A stretch of 21,272 nt of DNA from a virus (taxonomy: Duplodnaviria > Heunggongvirae > Uroviricota > Caudoviricetes). The position numbers and the translations under genes were made by a program. This document shows positions 16,542 to 21,272 of this stretch, in pieces. Within the stretch, counting starts at the first letter, position 1; every line of letters starts with the position of its first letter. The notes beneath the pieces are model-generated. The model saw nothing but the letters and a program-made list of their open reading frames with translations. It ran no database searches and had not been told where the DNA came from. Where the stretch lies: IMG/VR virus record IMGVR_UViG_2778261501_000004, positions 1 through 21,272 of that record; one strand, written 5' to 3'.

Positions 16542-16823
16542 ATGACAGCAGAAGAAAAAAGCGTCCTGTCGCTTTTCATGATTGGGGTGCTGATTGTTGT
16601 CGGCAAGGTGCTTGCCGGTGGTGAACCCATCACCCCGCGTCTGTTTATCGGGCGCATGTTGCTCGGTGGTTTTGTCTCGATGGTTGCCGGTGTTGTTCTG
16701 GTGCAGTTTCCTGACCTGTCACTGCCTGCGGTGTGCGGCATCGGCTCCATGCTGGGTATCGCCGGTTATCAGGTGATTGAGATTGCCATTCAGCGCCGCT
16801 TTAAGGGCAGGGGGAAACAGTAA
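16542..16823 (+). CDS. holin gpY
   Basis: 93 aa, hydrophobic membrane-spanning stretches and charged C-terminus; first gene of lysis cassette. Confidence 0.8.
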   Translation: MTAEEKSVLSLFMIGVLIVVGKVLAGGEPITPRLFIGRMLLGGFVSMVAGVVLVQFPDLSLPAVCGIGSMLGIAGYQVIEIAIQRRFKGRGKQ

Positions 16824-17320
16824 TGCCGGTAATTAACACGCATCAGAATATCGCCGCCTTTCTCGACATGCTGGCAGTGTCCGAAGGGACGGCGAATCAT
16901 CCGCTGACGAAAAACCGGGGCTATGACGTGATAGTCACCGGACTGGACGGAAAGCCGGAAATTTTCACCGACTACAGTGACCACCCGTTCGCGCATGGCC
17001 GACCGGCGAAGGTGTTTAACCGTCGCGGTGAAAAATCCACGGCCTCCGGTCGCTATCAGCAGCTTTACCTGTTCTGGCCGCATTACCGCAAACAGCTTGC
17101 CCTGCCGGATTTCAGTCCGTTGTCACAGGACAGACTCGCCATTCAGTTGATCCGCGAACGCGGTGCACTGGATGACATCCGGGCGGGACGCATTGAGCAC
17201 GCCATTTCACGCTGTCGCAATATCTGGGCGTCCCTGCCGGGAGCCGGTTACGGTCAGCGTGAGCATTCACTGGAAAAACTGGTCACCGTCTGGCGTACCG
17301 CCGGCGGCGTACCGGCTTAA
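16823..17320 (+). CDS. endolysin (lysozyme) gpK
   Basis: 165 aa, start overlaps holin stop; position and size as P2 K. Confidence 0.8.
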   Translation: MPVINTHQNIAAFLDMLAVSEGTANHPLTKNRGYDVIVTGLDGKPEIFTDYSDHPFAHGRPAKVFNRRGEKSTASGRYQQLYLFWPHYRKQLALPDFSPLSQDRLAIQLIRERGALDDIRAGRIEHAISRCRNIWASLPGAGYGQREHSLEKLVTVWRTAGGVPA

Positions 17321-17334
17321 ACGGAGTAAACACC

Positions 17335-17760
17335 ATGAAGAAATTATCCCTTTCACTGATGCTGAACGTGTCGCTGGCGCTGATGCTGGCACTGTCCCTG
17401 ATTTACCCGCAGAGCGTGGCCGTCAGTTTTGTCGCCGCCTGGGCGATTCTGGCGACGGTTATCTGTGTGGTTGCCGGTGGTGTCGGCGTGTATGCCACTG
17501 AGTATGTGCTGGAACGCTACGGGCGGGAGCTGCCGCCGGAATCGCTGGCCGTGAAGATTGTCGCGTCGCTGTTTTTGCAGCCGGTGCCGTGGCGCAGACG
17601 GGCGGCGGCTCTGGTGGTGATGGTGGCGACGTTTATCTCGCTGGTCGCTGCCGGGTGGATTTTTACCGCGCTGATTTACCTCGTGGCGTCGGTGTTCTTC
17701 CGGTTGATACGCACGGCCTGTCGTCAGCGTTTTGAGGGGCGGGAACCATGTCAAAGCTGA
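17335..17760 (+). CDS. lysA: LysA, membrane lysis-timing protein
   Basis: 141 aa, several hydrophobic helices; follows K. Confidence 0.7.
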   Translation: MKKLSLSLMLNVSLALMLALSLIYPQSVAVSFVAAWAILATVICVVAGGVGVYATEYVLERYGRELPPESLAVKIVASLFLQPVPWRRRAAALVVMVATFISLVAAGWIFTALIYLVASVFFRLIRTACRQRFEGREPCQS

Positions 17761-18173
17761 TGATTGTGCTGGTTGTGTTGTTATCACTGGCGGTGGCCGG
17801 TCTGTTTCTGGCGAAGCATGAAAACGCCAGCCTGCGCACCTCGCTGGACAGGGCGAACAACGTCGCCAACGGGCAGCAGACGACCATCACCATGCTGAAA
17901 AATCAGCTTCATGTTGCCCTCGCCAGAGCAGACAAAAACGAGCTGGCGCAGGTGGCACTGCGTCAGGAACTGGAGAACGCGGCGAAGCGTGAAGCACAGC
18001 GCGAGAAAACCATCACGAGGTTACTGAATGAAAACGAAGATTTTCGCCGCTGGTACGGCGCTGGCCTGCCTGATGCTGTGCGCCGGTTGCACCAGCGCCC
18101 GGCCTGCACCGACGCCAGTGATTGTCGCCAACGCCTGCCCGAAAGTGAGTCTTTGCCCGATGCCGGGCAGTGA
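17748..18173 (+). CDS. lysB: LysB, Rz-like inner-membrane spanin
   Basis: 141 aa, N-terminal membrane anchor then charged helical region; overlaps lysA stop. Confidence 0.7.
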   Translation: MSKLMIVLVVLLSLAVAGLFLAKHENASLRTSLDRANNVANGQQTTITMLKNQLHVALARADKNELAQVALRQELENAAKREAQREKTITRLLNENEDFRRWYGAGLPDAVRRLHQRPACTDASDCRQRLPESESLPDAGQ

Positions 18174-18318
18174 CCCGGAGACGAACGGTGATTTAAGTGC
18201 CGATATCCGGCAGCTTGAGAACGCGCTGGCACGCTGTGCCAGCCAGGTAAAAATGATTAAACACTGTCAGGACGAAAACGATGCTCAAACCCGACAGCCT
18301 GCGCAGGGCGCTGACTGA
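18028..18318 (+). CDS. lysC: LysC, Rz1-like outer-membrane lipoprotein spanin
   Basis: 96-aa ORF in the +1 frame, starting inside lysB; signal peptide with lipobox LCAGC; proline-rich mature part. Confidence 0.65.
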   Translation: MKTKIFAAGTALACLMLCAGCTSARPAPTPVIVANACPKVSLCPMPGSDPETNGDLSADIRQLENALARCASQVKMIKHCQDENDAQTRQPAQGAD

Positions 18319-18748
18319 TGCCGTCACGGTGCTGAAAACTAACCCCGATATGCTGCGGATATTCGTGGATAACGGGAGTATTGCCTCCACACTGGCGACG
18401 TCGCTGTCATTCGAAAAGCGTTACACGCTCAATGTCATTGTGACCGACTTTACCGGTGATTTTGACCTGCTCATCGTGCCGGTGCTGGCGTGGCTGCGGG
18501 AAAATCAGCCCGACATCATGACCACCGACGCAGGCCAGAAAAAGGGATTCACGTTTTATGCAGACATCAACAATGACAGCAGCTTTGATATCAGCATCAG
18601 CCTGATGCTGACCGAGCGCACGCTGGTCAGTGAGGTGGACGGCGCACTGCATGTGAAGAATATCCCGGAACCCCCGCCGCCGGAGCCGGTCACCCGCCCG
18701 GTGGAGCTTTATATCAATGGCGAACTGGTGAGCAAGTGGGATGAATGA
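18281..18748 (+). CDS. tail completion protein gpR
   Basis: 155 aa; position and size as P2 R. Confidence 0.75.
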   Translation: MLKPDSLRRALTDAVTVLKTNPDMLRIFVDNGSIASTLATSLSFEKRYTLNVIVTDFTGDFDLLIVPVLAWLRENQPDIMTTDAGQKKGFTFYADINNDSSFDISISLMLTERTLVSEVDGALHVKNIPEPPPPEPVTRPVELYINGELVSKWDE

Positions 18749-19193
18749 GTTTAAGCGTTTTGAAGACCGGCTGACCGGACTGATTGAGTCGCTGTCACCG
18801 TCAGGGCGTCGGCGACTGAGCGCCGAACTGGCAAAACGTCTGCGACAGAGTCAGCAGCGTCGGGTGATGGCTCAGAAAGCCCCGGACGGCACACCCTACG
18901 CGCCACGCCAGCAGCAGAGCGCCAGAAAAAAGACTGGTCGTGTTAAGCGAAAAATGTTTGCGAAACTTATCACCAGTCGTTTTTTGCATATCCGCGCCAG
19001 CCCGGAGCAGGCATCAATGGAATTTTACGGCGGGAAGTCGCCGAAAATCGCCAGTGTGCATCAGTTCGGTCTGTCGGAAGAAAACCGGAAAGACGGTAAG
19101 AAAATTGATTATCCGGCGCGTCCTCTGCTCGGCTTTACCGGTGAGGATGTGCAGATGATTGAAGAGATTATCCTGGCTCACCTCGACCGTTAG
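18741..19193 (+). CDS. tail completion / virion morphogenesis protein gpS
   Basis: 150 aa, overlaps R stop; position and size as P2 S. Confidence 0.75.
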   Translation: MNEFKRFEDRLTGLIESLSPSGRRRLSAELAKRLRQSQQRRVMAQKAPDGTPYAPRQQQSARKKTGRVKRKMFAKLITSRFLHIRASPEQASMEFYGGKSPKIASVHQFGLSEENRKDGKKIDYPARPLLGFTGEDVQMIEEIILAHLDR

Positions 19194-19259
19194 TTGTGCC
19201 ATTCCTGACACCTCATCGTCACATTGCCGCCGGTATGACCCGGCGGCATCCTTCCCGTT
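19194..19259 (+). promoter_or_regulatory. expected late promoter P_V region
   Basis: Intergenic S-V interval; contains TGT...ACA partial dyad (19195-19210) near where an Ogr-type site would be, but the spacing does not match the consensus I remember. Confidence 0.3.
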
Positions 19260-19832
19260 ATGAACACTCTCGCAAATATTCAGGAACTCGCGCGCGCACT
19301 GCGTAACATGATCCGCACCGGCATTATCGTCGAAACCGACCTTAACGCCGGTCGCTGCCGTGTGCAGACCGGCGGCATGTGCACCGACTGGCTTCAGTGG
19401 CTGACCCATCGCGCCGGTCGTTCGCGCACATGGTGGGCACCTTCCGTGGGGGAACAGGTGCTGATTCTGGCCGTGGGCGGTGAACTCGACACGGCATTCG
19501 TTCTGCCGGGGATTTATTCCGGCGATAACCACGCGCCGTCTGCGTCGGCGGATGCCCTGCATATCCGTTTCCCTGACGGGGCGGTGATTGAGTATGAACC
19601 CGAAACCAGTGCACTTACGGTAGCGGAGTTCTCCATCAGCCTGGCTACCGGTCGGGCAGATATTTACACGGAAACACCGGTCAAAGTGTCAGGCTTTAAG
19701 CGTGTCATAGACGAGCAGGACTGGACAATCACTAAGGTGACACATTTTCTGAATAATAGCGGCTTCACGACGTCCTTAGAGCTTGAGGTAAGGCTTTCTG
19801 ATGTGGAGTACGAAACCGAAGATGATGAGTGA
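19260..19832 (+). pseudogene. baseplate spike gpV remnant (N-terminal part of V joined to unrelated C-terminal sequence; probable V-to-D deletion fusion)
   Basis: 190-aa ORF; N-terminal ~120 aa look like gpV, but the acidic C-terminus (…RLSDVEYETEDDE) is unlike a spike domain, and ogr follows 83 bp later with no W, J, I, H, G, F, E, T, U or D genes in between. Confidence 0.55.
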
Positions 19833-19851
19833 TGTGTTTTATTTTATCTGT

Positions 19852-19880
19852 TTGTTTTATAAGGATAAATTAACTAAAAT
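19852..19880 (+). promoter_or_regulatory. candidate sigma70 promoter of ogr
   Basis: TTGTTT (19852-19857), 17-bp spacer, TAAAAT (19875-19880); 35 nt upstream of the ogr ATG. Confidence 0.4.
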
Positions 19881-19914
19881 GGCAACATCAACAAAACCGG
19901 AAGAGGTGCTCGCG

Positions 19915-20133
19915 ATGTTTCATTGTCCTTTATGCCAGCATGCCGCACATGCGCGTACAAGCCGCTATATCACTGACACGACAAAAGAGCGTTATCACCA
20001 GTGCCAGAACGTGAATTGCAGCGCCACGTTCATTACTTATGAGTCGGTACAGCGATACATCGTGAAGCCGGGAGAAGTCCACGCCGTGAGGCCGCACCCG
20101 TTGCCGTCAGGGCAGCAAATTATGTGGATGTGA
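19915..20133 (+). CDS. ogr: late gene transcriptional activator Ogr (Cys4 zinc finger)
   Basis: 72-aa ORF MFHCPLCQHAAHARTSRYITDTTKERYHQCQNVNCSATF...; CxxC-x(n)-CxxxxC zinc-finger arrangement; matches P2 Ogr as I recall it. Confidence 0.9.
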   Translation: MFHCPLCQHAAHARTSRYITDTTKERYHQCQNVNCSATFITYESVQRYIVKPGEVHAVRPHPLPSGQQIMWM

Positions 20134-20143
20134 TCACAAAAAT

Positions 20144-20170
20144 AGCCCCTCAGTTGAGGGGCTTTATTTA
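20144..20170 (+). terminator. rho-independent terminator after ogr
   Basis: AGCCCCTC-AGTT-GAGGGGCT hairpin followed by TTTATTTA. Confidence 0.6.
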
Positions 20171-20202
20171 TGGTCGATGTGGACGCTATGTGGACAGTGC
20201 TT

Positions 20203-20222
20203 GATATAAATCCATTTATATC
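20203..20222. repeat. perfect 9-bp inverted repeat (GATATAAAT cc ATTTATATC)
   Basis: Read directly; lies in the interval where the prophage right end (attR) must fall. Confidence 0.5.
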
Positions 20223-20261
20223 ATCAGGTTAGGTGCTTTTTTGTGACACCATCCCTGTCTT

Positions 20262-20288
20262 CCCCCACATGATGTGGGGGTTTTTTTT
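20262..20288 (+). terminator. strong rho-independent terminator, probably the host cpxP 3' end (CpxQ sRNA terminator)
   Basis: CCCCCACAT-g-ATGTGGGGG perfect hairpin followed by eight T; sits about 80 bp upstream of fieF, where cpxP ends in E. coli K-12. Confidence 0.55.
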
Positions 20289-20369
20289 ATCCTCAATTTG
20301 CCTGCTGCTTAATGCATTGCAGATGATTTGCTTCCGTTATACTAGCGTCAGTTGATAGCGGGAGTATTT

Positions 20370-21272
20370 ATGAATCAATCTTATGGACGGCTGGTCAGTC
20401 GGGCGGCGATTGCTGCGACGGCGATGGCTTCGTTGCTATTGCTGATTAAAATTTTTGCATGGTGGTATACCGGGTCGGTGAGTATTCTCGCCGCGCTGGT
20501 GGATTCGCTGGTGGATATCGGCGCGTCGTTGACGAATTTACTGGTGGTGCGATATTCCCTGCAACCTGCCGACGATAATCACTCGTTTGGTCACGGTAAA
20601 GCAGAGTCCCTCGCGGCGCTGGCGCAAAGTATGTTTATCTCCGGTTCGGCACTATTCCTGTTTTTGACGGGTATTCAACATCTGATATCTCCAACACCGA
20701 TGACAGATCCAGGCGTCGGGGTTATCGTGACAATTGTGGCGCTAATTTGTACGATTATCCTTGTCTCGTTTCAGCGTTGGGTGGTGCGCCGGACGCAAAG
20801 CCAGGCGGTGCGGGCTGATATGCTACATTACCAGTCTGATGTTATGATGAACGGCGCAATTCTGCTGGCGCTGGGGTTGTCCTGGTACGGCTGGCATCGC
20901 GCCGATGCTCTGTTTGCATTGGGAATCGGCATCTATATTTTATATAGCGCGTTACGCATGGGATATGAGGCGGTACAGTCATTACTGGATCGCGCATTGC
21001 CTGATGAGGAACGGCAAGAAATTATTGATATCGTGACTTCCTGGCCGGGTGTTAGCGGCGCTCACGATCTTCGCACGCGGCAGTCAGGGCCGACCCGCTT
21101 TATTCAGATTCATTTGGAAATGGAAGACTCTCTGCCTTTGGTTCAGGCACATATGGTGGCGGATCAGGTAGAGCAGGCTATTTTACGGCGTTTTCCGGGA
21201 TCGGATGTAATTATCCATCAGGACCCCTGTTCCGTCGTACCCAGGGAGGGTAAACGGTCTATGCTTTCATAA
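20370..21272 (+). CDS. fieF: cation-diffusion-facilitator Fe2+/Zn2+ efflux transporter FieF (YiiP)
   Basis: 300-aa [39 protein letters not shown]...; start at ATG 20370 with GGGAG RBS (track ORF starts 6 codons earlier); multiple TM helices plus cytoplasmic C-terminal domain; matches E. coli FieF as I recall it. Confidence 0.9.

Noticed and set aside
19801-19914. Longer ogr ORF starting at 19801 or 19879
   Set aside because: The extension overlaps the V remnant and the candidate ogr promoter; the 72-aa form starting MFHCPLCQ at 19915 matches P2 Ogr.
1-21272. CRISPR arrays, tRNA/rRNA genes, IS elements or transposases
   Set aside because: No regularly spaced direct repeats, no tRNA-like cloverleaf candidates and no transposase-like ORFs were seen on either strand.

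Overview
The window is almost entirely a P2-like (Peduovirus-type) prophage, read from the stop codon of int (position 1) to ogr (19915..20133), followed by host DNA carrying fieF (20370..21272). Gene order follows the P2 map: int-C-cox-(orf78-like)-B-(four small orfs)-A, then cos (9831..9849), then Q/P leftward and O-N-M-L-X-Y-K-lysA-lysB/lysC-R-S-V rightward. Two things depart from P2. First, the non-essential interval between gene A and cos, where P2 carries orf91/tin/old, instead holds an AT-rich cargo module: a DUF3850/ASCH-like gene, a C5-cytosine methyltransferase (6696..7634), and convergent to it a translationally coupled pair on the minus strand encoding a ParB/Srx-domain protein (359 aa) and a protein with a GDGGID, Mrr-like nuclease signature (309 aa). 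This is the best candidate for an uncharacterised restriction/defence system in the window. Second, the prophage is defective: the V ORF is a chimeric remnant and every tail gene expected between V and ogr is absent, while head, packaging, lysis and regulatory genes look intact. The right junction lies near a strong terminator that I take to be the host cpxP 3' end. All calls rest on reading the translations and motifs by eye and on remembered P2 gene order; no database search was run.
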